A DNA stretch of 64,000 nt, from contig JAXLNO010004831.1 of NCBI GenBank assembly GCA_038087875.1, positions 62,001 through 126,000 on the forward strand, written 5' to 3'. Under the pieces are notes generated by a model. That model was not told where the DNA came from and made no database searches. It saw only the letters and a list, made by a program, of their open reading frames with translations. The translations under genes were made by a program, and so were the position numbers. This DNA comes from Malacoraja senta (lineage: Eukaryota). Below are positions 12,849 to 26,030 of this stretch, in pieces (position 1 is the first letter of the stretch; every line of letters begins with the position of its first letter).

Positions 12849-14156
12849 TGAACGTGTACAGGTTAGGAGAGTGGGCAGAGAATTGGCAGATGAAATCCAG
12901 TATAGCAAAGTGTGGAGTCATGCATTTTGGTAATAAGAATAAAGGCGTAGATTATTTTACAAATGGAGAGAGAATTCAGAAATCGGAGGCACACAGTGAC
13001 GGGAGTGGTGGTGCAGGACTCTCAAAAGGTTAATTTGCAAATTGAATCGGTAGTCAGGAAGATGATTTATATCAAGAGGACTGGAATACAAAAACAGAAA
13101 ATGCCGCCCGATTTGTAAGAGTGTCAAAGGTCACAGGGAGATGACAGGGGAACGGCACTGAGAGGTAACGATAGGTCAGCCATGATTAAATTGTGGAGTA
13201 AACTCGATGGGCTGAACAACCAAATTCTGCACCTTTGACTTATGAAGTGAGTCAAAGTTCAGAACATGAGGGATGATCTTTTTATTTCTCCCCAGACTGG
13301 TGTGTCTGGAACCACAATTCACAGTTTAAAAATAAGGGTTCAGACATTCTTATGGCACCAAAACAATGGTGACACTTGTGTATTGCCTAGGTTAGGTCTG
13401 CTATATGATTTTACCGAGTTGTATACGGAACGAAGCATTTCACTGTACCTAGGTGCATGTGACAATAAAATATCATTGAATCATTGAATTCAGTGCAGTA
13501 ATGAGATGAAATTAGTTTTAATTAGTCTTTCAAATTCTCTGTCCAAGAAGGCTGTGGGCATTCAGTCAATCAGATGCTTGAGGCAGGGATAGGAATATGC
13601 TTGGATACAAAAGGAATCCGGAATTCGGAAAAATGGTGGTCTGCTAGAGGATCGGTTATGATCTTATAGAATATCAGAGATTGGGAACAAAGGATGAATG
13701 GCAACATTTTGCTTATGTTACTCCCACTCCACAAGAGAGTCCAGAAGGAAAGAGAGTATAGAATGTTCAATTGTCATATGTGCTGACTACAAAACAATGA
13801 CATTCATGTAGCAGACCTGTAAGACAATACAAATAGATAACATACTAAAAATCCAGTTAATTGATAATCCCAATACATGTGCACAAACACCGCAAATGCT
13901 TAGTTTAACCAAAGACAGTCCATAGGTCCACAGGGTCCGACTCGACACGTTACCTATCCATTCTCACCAGCGATGCTGCCTGATCTGCTGAGTTACTCCA
14001 ACACTTTGTCTTTATTTTGTTCATTAATCATAGCTGAGTATAGTGTCGTTCAGGGTTCAATATAAAAGAAGATTTTAATAATCACATTCCAGCACGCATC
14101 TCCAGAGCCAAACAAAACAATGACATTCTCCTTTGATGGTAATAATCTAATTTGGT

Positions 14157-15454
14157 GAATAGAATAGAATAGAATAGAATAGAAACTTTATTTGCCACAC
14201 GACCAGGGTTGGTGGTAATTGGGTTCGGTACATGATGGTACACTGCTTTAGCACATTAACACTAATAACATCACAGATCATAATAATAAAGCACATCACA
14301 AATCACAAATCTCACCAACAATACATAGTGCAAAAGAACAGACAAAAACCATAGACAAGACACTGTATACATCAAAGTCAAAAAGTTATTGGAGGGAATT
14401 AAGTGTTCTTATTGCTGAGGGGAAGAAACTGTTTTTAAAACGGGTGGATTTTGTAGCAAGTGACCTAAGGCGCCTCCCTGAAGGGAGAGACTGGAAAAGG
14501 TGGTTTGCTGGATGGGAGGGGTCCGAGATGATCTTTGTTGCCCGTTTTGAGGTACGTTGGAGGTAAATGGAATGGATTGAGGGGAGGGGAGAGTTGATGA
14601 TCCTAGAGGCCTTGGAGACAATGCGCTGTATTCTATGTAGTGAATGACTGTCAGTGTTTCCGTACCAGACTGTGATTGAGGAGGTGATGATGCTTTCAAT
14701 GATGGATTGATAGAAGCGGACCAGGAGGTGTTTGTGGACTCTGAACTTCTTGAGCTGTCTGAGGAAGTATAGGCGTTGTTGTCCTTTCTTAATGATGTGG
14801 TCAGCATTGATGTGCCATTTTAGATTATTGCAGATATAGGTGCCCAGAAACTTAAATAAGTTCGTGGAGGTTATGGGATGGGAGTTGACATGGACCGGGG
14901 GTTTGAGGTTTTGTTTGCGTCTGAAATCTAGGATGATTTCTAAGGTTTTTGAGGTGTTAAGCTGGAGGTTGTTGTCTGCGCACCGTTTGACTGCGCTGTC
15001 CACTGTTTGATGGTATTGTGATTCATTGTTGTCTGAGATGAGGCCAATTATTGTCCTGTCGTCTGCATATTTGAAAATATTAACTGAGCTGCATTGGGAT
15101 GTAAGGTTGTTGGTGTAAAGTGAGAAGAGCTGAGGTGACAGAACGCACCCTTGAGGGGCTCCTGTATTGATAGTCTGGAGAGTTGGAGAGTTTTTCACCC
15201 ACCTTGACTCTTTGTTGTCTGTTTGTCAGAAAATGTAAAATCCAATGGCACATGGCTAGGTGAATGCCCATGTCCAACAGTTTATTGTAGAGTTTAATTG
15301 GGTGTATAGTATTAAAGGCCGAGCTAAAATCTATAAACAGGATGCGTGCATAAGTGTTCGGTGATTCCAAATGATGTAGGGAGTAGTGAAGAGCTAGGTT
15401 GATAGCATCCTCCACAGACCGGTTGGCGCTGTATGCAAATTGAAAAGGGTCCAT
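14157..15454 (-). mobile_element. Rex1/Babar-type LINE, 5'-truncated
   Basis: RT motifs QFAY..NRSVEDAI, LFIDFSSAFNTI, GAPQGCVLSP, KYADD, FKFLG; (TTCTA)n tail at 14157-14183. Confidence 0.88.
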
Positions 15455-18400
15455 GCAAATAGAAAAGGGGAAACAGGCTTAGATATAAAGAATAACATTT
15501 ATAGCAGTTCCAATGTAGGAAAATGCTTCAATGAGATTCGTAAGAATATTATTCTGTAACATTTTACTTCGAGCAGTATAAAGGCATGACATGACAATTA
15601 GCAAAATAAACATTTAAGGTGCATCTTAAAGGAAGAATAAGAGGTAGTGATATTTAGAGAGCAATTCTATGACTTAGGCCTGCTCTTCAGATGAAATACT
15701 TAAATTTGTGAATAATCAGGAAGTTATACTGCCCGGTTCATCGTGGGTTCTGACCTCACCACCATCGAAGGGATCCACACGAGGCGCTGCCTCAAAAAAG
15801 AAGGCAACATCATCCCCCTGGCCACGCTTTCATTACCTCCCACCATGGGGAAGAAAGTATAGGTGTTTGAAAACCATGACCTCCAGGTTCAAGAATAGCT
15901 TCTTCCCAACTATCACGCACGTGAACAATACACAACGCTAACCTCAACTGTGAAATTGTATGGACTGTATGCATGCCGAGGGAGGAGCAGCGTAGGAAGG
16001 AACCGCAGATGCTGGTTTAAACCGAAGATAGACATAAAATGCTGGAGTAACTCAGCGGGTCCGACAGCGACTCTGGAGAAAAGGAATAGGTAGCGTTTCA
16101 GGTCGAGACCATTCTTCAGACTGATAGTCAGGGGAAAGGGAAACGAGAGATACAGGGGGTGATATAGAGAGATATAAGAACAAATGATTGAAAGATTTGC
16201 TTTGAATGAAAGAGCTGTTGGTCTTACATATTTAAATACAATGATCAGAATTTAAAATCTGAATATTTTTCAATCAGAAAGATGATGGGTGAATGGGATG
16301 GAGCAAGTTAGCCCAATGATGACAAAGTCTGAAGAAGGGCCTCAATCTGAAACATCACCCATTCCTTCTCTCTGGAGATTCTGCCTGTCCCACTGAGTTA
16401 TTCCAGCATTTTGTGTCTATCGCTATGTGCTGGAGTAACTCAGCTGGTCAGGCAGCATCTCCGGAGAACGTGGCTAGATGACGTTTAGGGTAAACACCCT
16501 TCCACAGGGTGAAGAAGGGGTCTTGACCCGAATCATCTATCCATCATCACATATCCATGATCTCCAGGGATGCTGCCGGACCCACTAAGGTGCTCCAGCA
16601 CTTTGTGTCTTTTTGTGAACCAACATTTGTAGTTCCTTGTTTCTACAGTGTAAATTGACTGTCATTTGTAGGTAAGTGATAGAATCTGGAGAGAGATGAT
16701 GGGAATTTGCAGAGAATAAGAATGGGTTGGTCAAGAGCAAGAGTTTAATTGTCATCTGTTCTGGCAATGGAACAATGACATTCTTATACACATATTAAAT
16801 ATACAACAATCAATGGTAAAATAAATTACTATTAGTTATACTAGGTAACCAGACCATAACAGTGGAAAAACAAAACATCCTTACTGCAACCAAAATAAAG
16901 TTATTGCAGATCAGAGTTGTTGAGGTAAGGTTGTGGTTAGTGTTGTGCAGTGTTTAAATGCCTGCTGCTCATAAGAAAAAAGCTGCTCTTAAACCTGGAG
17001 CTAACAGTTCTCATGCTCTCTAACCTCAGAGGCAGTTGATTGGTTCAACGGTATTTTATTTGTGGCAAGTACCGAGGTACAGTGAAATTCATTTTTGTAT
17101 ACAGTTTAGTACAAGTATCACTATATATAAGCCCTTAGATACGTCTGAGATAAGCATCGCAGATACAGTACAAGTGTATAGCAGTAGTATGCTGAGACAG
17201 TATACAGTGTCGCCAGTTTATGGTGCCATATCCAAGTCCCTCAAGTTGTAAGTGAGGGTTCTTGGCCTGACCATGAGGCCCATTGTCCTGGTGTTTTGCA
17301 GGGTTGACCTGACCAAGCGAAGCTGTGGTGTCCTCTACTGCTGCAGGGTGCAACTGGTCCATGCGCCCGGCCTCTTGGAGCAGCGCCTGGAACAGCCAAG
17401 CCCCAGGCTGCGGCAGGGCCTCCAGCGCCCACTCCACTGTTGAGGCCGTGCATTCCCTCCCGCAGCCAGTCTGCCTATAAGCCATCCATCTGACTCCTTC
17501 CACTCTGGGCGGGCGAGCTGGGCCTTCCAGGTGGGTCCTCCATCCTTGGTCCACAGCGAGCAAGAACTCGGTCCATGATGGATGGGCCAGATCTTCCGGG
17601 CGAATTCCTGGTCCAGGGTGGCCGGCCCTGAGAGTATGGCCAGGGTGGTGTGGGTCTCTGATGATATTAGCTGTCTTTCTGAGGCAGCACCTCCTGTAGA
17701 TCCATGGTGGGATGGAATGGTATGGAATGAGTGCTTCATGGTCAGAGTGGACTGTCGGCTGAAGGTTCTGTTTGTGTGTCTCTGTGACTATATGTGTGGA
17801 GAATGCTTCAAAAGAGTAGGTGAAGGGGCATTCTAAATGATGGGATGCACATATCATTGTAAACGGGGCCCTCAAAGTATTGATCTGTAAAATGCTGAAT
17901 CTGCATTTTATTGTAGGGGACTAGAGTTTAATGGTAGCCAATCCACATAAACACTTGTCTCGTCTATGAAGAGTTTTGCAGACTGCTCCAATTACAATAA
18001 ATTAATATATAACGAGTGGGATACTAGAAGATACATTCCTTTTATCCATAGATGCTGCTTGTTCCACTGCGTTACTCCAGTATTTTGTCTCTATCTTTGG
18101 TGTAAGCCAGCATCTGCAGTGCCTTCCTACACAGACACAAGAAGGATCCCAACAATGGGTTCTGTTTGTATGGAGTTGATACGTTCTCCCTGTGACCGCT
18201 CGGGTTTCCTCTGGGTGCTCAGAGGGCGGTGGAGGCTGGTTCTCTGGATACTTTCAAGAAAGAGCTGGATTGGGCTCTTAAAGATAGTGGAGTCAGGGGA
18301 TATGGGGAGAAGGCAGGAACGGGGTACTGATTGGGGATGATCAGCCATGATCATATTGAATGGCGGTGCTGGCTCGGGGCCAAATGGCCTACTCCTGCAC

Positions 18401-19384
18401 CTATTGTCTATTCTCTATTGTCTATTGTTTCCTCCCATGTTCCAAAAACATGTGGGTTTGTAGGTTTATTGGCCGCTGTAAATTGCCCTGAGTGTGTAGG
18501 ATGTGAAACAGGGAAAATATAGAACTAGTGTATGGGTGATTGATGGTCAGTGCAGACTCAGTGGGCAGAAAGGCCTGTTTCCATGCTGCATCTGTTAAAA
18601 AAGATTGGTGAGCATGATACCAGAATTCAAAGGTTACAGAGAGACCAACACATTTTAGTTTGTACAGAGAAGAACACCCAAGAATGTTTGTATTCAAAGA
18701 GACCAACAAAGTAATAAAGGTTTGCAGGTACAACGTCCAACAGTGAGCATTGCTTAATCTAATCTTATACTTAGAACATTGTAGACGTAGGGCATTCAGC
18801 ACAGGGAGGCTGTCCCATTGAGGGGGACGAGAACAAATGGGGTACTGTGGGGATGGGGGCGCCACCAAGAATGAAGGGGGAACTGGTGGGGATGGGGTCT
18901 GCTGCCATGTGTGGCAACAGGCAGTGGATAGGACTGTTCGGTACTTTGTAACTTTGTCTGCGCCAACACATGACGACATTTTTGTACTGCCTAGGTTCAG
19001 TTTAGTTTATTGTCACGTGTACCGTGGTACAGTGAAAAGCTTTTTGTTGCTTACTAACCAGTCAGTAGAAAGACAATACATGATTACAATCAATGCATTT
19101 ACAATGTAGAGACACATGATAAAGGAATAATGTTTAGTGCAAGGTAAAGCCAGCAAAGTCCGGTCAAGGATAGACCGAGGTTGTATGGAAAACAAAGCAT
19201 TTCACTATACCCAGGTACCCTGGGTACATGTGACAATAGAGTATCATTCAATCATTCTTTCATTCATCAGTCCTATTCCTCACAATTTATTTTCCATATA
19301 ACACAGGCACTCATGGCCGCCAATGCTCCTTTGATTTTCTTGCCATTTACGTGTGTTGATCTGGCTAATGGGTTTTGTGAAGTA

Positions 19385-19700
19385 CAGCACAGTGGTGCAA
19401 TGGTAGAGAGTTGCTGCCTCATAGCGCCAGAGACCCAGGTTCAATCCTGACTTCATGTCTGTCTATGTGGAGTTTGCACATTTTCACTGTGACCGAGTGG
19501 GTTTCCTCCAGGTGCTCCGGTTTCCTCCCACAACCCAAAGGCATGCAGGTTTGTAGGTTAATTGGCCTATGTAAATTGCCCCTAGTGTGTAAAGAGTGGA
19601 CGAGAAAGTGGAATAACTAGAGTGAATGGGAGATCAATGGTCAACATGGACTCAGTGGGCCGAAGGGCCTGTTTCCATGCTGTAACTCTAAACTAACCTT
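19385..19700 (+). mobile_element. tRNA-derived SINE
   Basis: Same family motifs. Confidence 0.8.
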
Positions 19701-19967
19701 AAAAACCACTAAAATTACTGATTTATTGCAAGTAGCTAGATTCAAAACTATTTAAACTACTGAAGACGGGTCCTGACTCAAAACGTTACCTGTCCATTCC
19801 AGCCACAGATGCTGCCTGACTCACTAAGTTCCTCCAGTATTTCATTGCTCAAGATTCCAACATGTCTCGATATTAACTACTTGTTTGAATAACACTGTTG
19901 TTTGGTATTTTTATGATATTTTTACTGTTGAATTGCATGCTGAAATGTTCATACCTTGAACATAGTT

Positions 19968-21420
19968 GAATAATAATAATAATAATATATTTTATTGTCA
20001 TTGCACGTCAGTGCAACGAGATTTAGTATGCAGCTCCACCGATGTACAAGAAAAGTAAAATAAATAAATAAGCAAGCTGAGTGACGTGACCATCCGAGGG
20101 AGACTGTCCAGGGGGGGTGGGTGGGGGGGGGGGGGCACTCAGCAGGGCCGGTTCAGAGCTACTATAGCTCTTGGAATAAAGCTGTTTCTGAGTCTGGAGT
20201 TTCGGGCGTAGAAGGCCTTATAACGTCTGCCGGAGGGAAGTAGTTCAAACAGTCCGTTACAAGGGTGTGATGAGTCCTTATGGATGCTGACGGCATTCCT
20301 GAGGCACCGTGTGTGGTAGATGCCCTCCAAGGCTGGTAGCTCTGTCCCAATGATCCTCTGCGCTGTGTGGACGACGCGCTGAAGAGTTCTCCTCTCCGCC
20401 TCCGTGCAGCTGAGATACCACACAGAGATGCCATACGTTAATATGCCCTCTGTGGTGCAGCGGTAGAACGTTGTCAGCAGCAGTTGGGGCAGACCAGTCT
20501 TTTTTAATGTCCTCAAGAAGAACAGTCGTTGCTGTGCCTTCTTGACCAGCGCAGCGGTGTTGGTGGACCATGTGAGGTCCTCTGAAATGTGAGTGCCCAG
20601 AAACTTAAAGCTGGACATTCTCTCCACACTTTCCCCGTAAATGGAGATTGGGGCGTATTCTCCATTATGGGACCTCCTGAAGTCAATAATAATCTCCTTG
20701 GTCTTGGAGGTGTTTAGTGACAAGTTGTTATGAGCGCACCAGTCCGCCAGGTTCGGCACCTCCGCTCTGTATTTTGTTTCATCACCGTTGGTGATCAGCC
20801 CAATCACTGTTGTGTCATCTGCAAACTTCACGATGGTGTTGGTGTCGAATGCAGGGACACAGTCGTGAGTGAAGAGGGAGTAGAGCATGGGGCTTAGTAC
20901 ACAGCCCAGTGGTGTGCCGGTGCTCAGGGTGATAGTGGAGGACAGGTGCGGGCCCAGTCTCACTGCCTGCGGTCGCTCCGTCATAAAGTTCAGGATCCAA
21001 TCGCATATCGGCGAGCTGAGGCCTAGCTGGTGGAGTTTGGTGGTGAGCTTGGTGGGGATGACCGTATTGAATGCAGAGCTATAGTCAATGAAGAGCATCC
21101 TCACATACGTGCCCTGTCTGTCCAGGTGAGTCAGGACAGTGTGAAGAGCCAGAGAGATGGCATCCTCTGTTGATCTATTTGCCCTGTATGCAAATTGATG
21201 GGAGTCCAGTGAGGCAGGGATGCTGGATTTGATATGGAAGAGGACCAGCCTTTCGAAGCACTTCATTGGGATTGGAGTTAGGGCAACCGGGCGGTAGTCG
21301 TTCAGGTTGGTGACTTTGGACTTTTTCGGCACCGGCACTATGGTGGCTGTTTTCAGGCACTTGTGGACCGTTGCCAGAGATAGAGACAGATTGAAGATTC
21401 TCGTGAATACCTCCGCCAGA
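19968..21420 (-). mobile_element. Rex1/Babar-type LINE, 5'-truncated, RT frame still open
   Basis: ~427 uninterrupted codons (20139-21420): [43 protein letters not shown]; (ATT)n tail at ~19970-19987. Confidence 0.92.
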
Positions 21421-22054
21421 AAAGGATAGTAATTCATTAATGCATGCAGGAATAGTATTATTAAAATTGACTTTAGTAAAATACCGAATACACTGGCAAT
21501 ATGCAGTAGGTCAGGCCTCATCTGTAGGCAGGAAAGCAGAGCTAATGTTTCAGGCCAGAGACCCTTCAGGACTGGGAAGGAGGAGAAAGAAGAAAGGAGG
21601 AACTGAAGATGCTGGTTAACATAAAAAGACACAGTGTTGGAATAACTCAGTGGGACGGGCAGCATTACTGGAGAACGTGGGATGCTAAGGTTTTGGGTCA
21701 GGACCATTCTTCAAACTGATTGTGGGAGCTGGAAGAGAGGAGGGGCAGAACAAAGTTTGGCAGATGATAGGTGATAGATACCAAAATGAGAGAGCAGTCC
21801 TGAACTACTTCTGCCTCATTTGTGACCCTCGGACTTTCTTTGATCGGACTTTACTGGCTTTACCTTGCACTAAATGTTATTCCCTCATCATGTATCTCTA
21901 CACTGTAAATGGTTAGTTTGTAATCATGTATTGTCTTTACGCTGACTGGTTAGCAGGCAACAAAAGCTTTTCACTGTACCTCTGTACACGTAACAATAAA
22001 CTAAACTAAAATGTTGCAGAGAGGATTTTCCGGCAACAAAGGCCAGAGATGAAA

Positions 22055-23070
22055 AGACAAAAGGAATTAAAGAATGGTGAATTGTGAAAATAGAGGAATG
22101 GATGAAGGGGACGGGGGAGGGCAGAAATGGATGCAAGTCCAGATGGGGCACAGGGGAGGGCAAGAAATGGGGGGGGGTAGGTTACCTAAAATTCTCATCA
22201 CTTCCCACACAAACCATTGCATCCCAGGTAATCTCCCCTGCAACTGCGGATGTAACATCTGATCCTGTACCTCCTCTGTGGTCTGCCTCGAGGGACCATA
22301 GCAGTCCTTCTAGGTGAGACAAGATGTTCATGTACACCTTCTCTAAACTGATCTATGGCATCCGGTGTTCCCAATATGGCCTCCTGTATATCGACGAGAC
22401 CAAGCATTGACTCCACGACCATTTCGCCGACAATATGCACTGGATCTGCCATGGACTTCTGGATCTCCTGGTTGCTAAGCACTTGAACTTCCTTTCCCAT
22501 TGCCATATTGACCTTTCTGTCTTGGGTCTCCTCCATTGCCAGTGTGAGGTCACATGCAAACAACCCCTAATATTCTTCTTGGGTAGCTTTCAACCTGGTG
22601 GTGTGAACATTGAACTCGCCAATTTTAGGAAACCTAAGCCCTACTCTCCTCCTCCTCCTCCTCCCCTTTCTCCCCCACACCCATATTTCTCCCCACCGTT
22701 GACCCGCTCCCCTGTAGCCCACCTGGACTTGCACCTATTTCCCTCCACTTCCCTTTCCTTCTAAATTTGCCATTTGCAACTTTTCAATTATTTTGTTGCA
22801 CACCTTCTGTATTTTTTACCTCTGGCCCTTGTCCAATAATCTCCCCATCAACTCCCCCCATTACCGCCTCCTCACCTATGTTCACCTATTACCTGCCCCG
22901 CCTTTCATCCAGTTTCCTTCCTCTCCCCCTCCCACTCCCCCTCCACAATGCCCATATCATCCGCCTCCCCAACCTCCCACAATTAGTCTGAAGAAGGATC
23001 CTGTTCCACAACACCACATATCCATGTTTTCCAGTGATACTGCCTGACCATCGAGTTTGTGTCTTTTTCT
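22055..23070. mobile_element. Decayed Penelope-like fragments in both orientations
   Basis: Similarity to the other GIY-YIG copies (e.g. HLNFLSHCHIDLSVLGLLHCQ at 22435-22764) and a terminal-repeat remnant near 22983. Confidence 0.7.
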
Positions 23071-23631
23071 AGGAGAAAACAAGAAGCATATTAAGCTGCA
23101 GGAAGTGTGGGGGAGGGAGAATGTCTTTCAATGATAGACACAGAAAGCTGGAGTAACTCAGCGGGACAGGCAGCATCTCTGGAGAAAAGGAATGGGTGAT
23201 GTTTCGGGTCGAGACCCCTTTTCAGACTTTACAAGCCTTATCTGGTAGAATTTAATGAGATGGACATCTGTTTGTGGTCGAATGCATTATCTGAAAGCTG
23301 AATGCAAATTGTACTGTTAAGGCTTTACAATACGTCATTGGTTAAAATGTGCATGGATTGAGCCTATGGGCTTAATTGTCCTCCTGCTTTGAAGGAAAGC
23401 TCACAGCATGTCTCAATTGCATGTCAACCTAGTATCATAAAAACAACTACTGTAGGAACTAAGGTGGTAGACGAACATCTTTGTAAGAAGAAACTGCAGA
23501 TGCTGGTTTACACTGAAGATAGACACAAAATGCTGGAGTAACTCAGTGGGTCATGCAGCATTTCTGGCAAAAAGAAATAGGTGACATTTCAGGTTGAGAC
23601 CCTTCCTCACATCTTCAAGAGACAAGAGTGT

Positions 23632-24377
23632 TATAGACAATAGGTGCAGGAGTAGGCCATTTGGCCCTTCGAGCCAGCACCGCCATTCAATGTGATCATG
23701 GTTGATCGTCCCCAATCAGTACCCCGTTCCTGCCTTCTCCCCATATCGCCTGACTCTGCTGTTTTTAAGAGCCCTATCTAGCTCTCTCTTGAAAGCATCC
23801 AGAGAACCTGCCTCCACCGCTTCCTGAGGCAGAGAATTCCACAGACTCACCACTCTCTTTGAGAAAAAGTGTTTCATTGTCTCCGTTCTAAATGGCTTAC
23901 TCCTTATTCTTAAACTTTGGCCCCTGGTTCTTGACTCCCCCAACATCAGGAACATGTTTCCTTCCTCTAGCGTGTCCAAGCCCTTAACAATCTTATATGT
24001 TTCAATGAGATTTCCATTCATCCTTCTAAACTCCAGAGTGTACAAGCCCAGCTGCTCCATTCTCTCAGCATATGACAGTCCCGCCATCCCGGGATTTAAC
24101 TTTCTAAACCTATGCTGCACTCCCTCAATAGCAAGAATGTCCTTCCTCAAATTAGGGGACCAAAACTGCACACAATATTCCAGGTGTGGTCTCACTAGGG
24201 CTCTCTACAACTGCAGAAGGACCTCTTTGCTCCTATATTTGATTCCTCTTGTTATAAAGGCCAACATGCCATTCGCTCTCTTCACTGCCTGCTGTACCTG
24301 CATGCTTACTTTCATAGACTGATGTACAAGGACCCCCAGATCCCGTTGTACTTCCCCTTTTCCCAACTTGACTCCAG
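23632..24377 (-). mobile_element. CR1 LINE 3' fragment
   Basis: RPHLEYCVQFWSPNLRKDILAIEGVQ..GESRTRGQSLRI..; 3' tail with GGCCTACTCCTGCACCTA. Confidence 0.9.
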
Positions 24378-24573
24378 TTAAATCATCTTGCGAGTGGGAT
24401 TTTGTGGAACGCGCTGGTTTTATTGTCATATGTCCCAGATAGGACAATGAAATTCTTAATTGCTGCAAAACAGAAGGGAATGAAATTTGGAGGGAATTAC
24501 ATTTTTCACAATGATTTTTAACTGGTACAGTAAGTTTCTTCTATTATTCATAAACCATTTGCTGGAGTATGTA

Positions 24574-25615
24574 GCAATGTTACAACATTTTGAGATTTTA
24601 AAAATCAAGTCTGCAATTTATCCCATCAGATAAAGCATAAAAAGAAGTTTAATTTGACACCTAATTCACTTTCATATCTTCAGTATTAAAAAAGTTATGG
24701 CCATTTTCATACTCGGAAATTAGCTTCTTGTTCCCTATTGCTTTTCCATTGACTTAACACAAAAGCTGTGATCAAGGACAGTCAAAAGCCCATAACTTTC
24801 TTAAAAATTAAGAGAACTTAATGAAATTTTCAGTTATTATAGATTGAAGCATTCTGAAACAAATATGAAACAATCTTACTTGGATGACCTGAAATTAAAG
24901 CATATAATTAGTTAGTTACCCAATTGTAGCTAATTACAAAATTCAATTACTAGATCTAAATATCTATCCATTTCTTAAGAAAAAGTTAACATTTTTAAAA
25001 AGCCTAAGTGTCCAAATAACATTCACACAAGAATTCACAATATAACATTATTTTTTAATCTCATTGTCATTAATTTATAGGCCAAATGGAAGGAATTTAG
25101 TGTTTAATTCCTGTAAATTAATGGCCATTTAAATCATCTTGCGAGTGGGATTTTGTGGAACGCGCTGGTTTGGAACGCTACCTTTGCACTGAATTAAACC
25201 CCAATATCGGCAGGAAAAATACTGCCGGTTGGTATATTTAAATAATCACATTTTCGCAACTTGAAATTTTTATTAAAGGCATCCTAAGAAGCAAGTTTAT
25301 ATGAAAAAATAAACAGTGTACCTTGCCTTGTCCCGTGCGTGAAATCCGTCCCCGTTGTCGGCGTTGACGGCATTTGAAGATGATTTTAATTTTACTCCAA
25401 CAATTAAATTATAATGCGCTAATTTTAATAAACTTAATAAAACGGCAGTCGAAGTGATTTTTCTTCATGAACTATTTAACCTGTTCAAGATCGTTTAGAA
25501 CAGGCTGCCGAAATATCGCATTTAAAACCCGGCCCCCTCTCAAAGGCGCCAAAGTCGCGCACACCGGCAGTGACAGAACTGCAGCGCCGCTGAAGGTAAG
25601 TTTTGTAACATACCT
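24574..25615. mobile_element. Putative ~1-kb non-autonomous DNA transposon (AT-rich, short inverted ends)
   Basis: ATGTTACAAC at 24577 and TTTTGTAACAT at 25601-25611; noncoding, with a GC-rich right end. Superfamily not determined. Confidence 0.4.
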
Positions 25616-25730
25616 AGAGTGTGTAGTAATATTTTCAAAACAATATTTGAAATGACATAAGACCAAGATTGCATGAGAAGTCATCTTCTGATACAGTTTA
25701 GGATTTGGCAGGAAATGCTAAAAAATATGG

Positions 25731-26030
25731 TTCAGCACGGTGGTGCAGCGGCAGAGCTGCTGCCTTACAGCGCAAGGGACCCGGGTTTGATCCTGACTAC
25801 GGTTTCAGTCTGCATGGAGTTTGTACGTACTTCCCATGACCGGCACGGGTTTCCTCCGGGTGCTCCGGTTTCCTCCCACACTCCAATGACATACCAATTT
25901 GCTCAGTAAAATTCTAAATTGTCCCAAGCGTGAATAAAATAGTGATAGTGTGCGGGGATCGCTGGTCGGCGTGGATTCGGTGGGCTGAAGGACAGGTTTC
26001 TGCACTGTATCTCTAAATTAAACTAAATAC
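25731..26030 (+). mobile_element. tRNA-derived SINE
   Basis: GGTTCAGCACGGTGGTGCAGCGG head; tail CTGTATCTCTAAATTAAACTAAA. Confidence 0.85.

Noticed and set aside
17135-17875. 246-aa ORF as a host gene
   Set aside because: It is a chimera of a Rex1 remnant and the GC-rich insert, with no splice or domain support.
21421-21707. N-terminal part of the 522-aa ORF 20139-21707
   Set aside because: Chance read-through from the truncated LINE into flanking and PLE-repeat sequence; not part of the RT.
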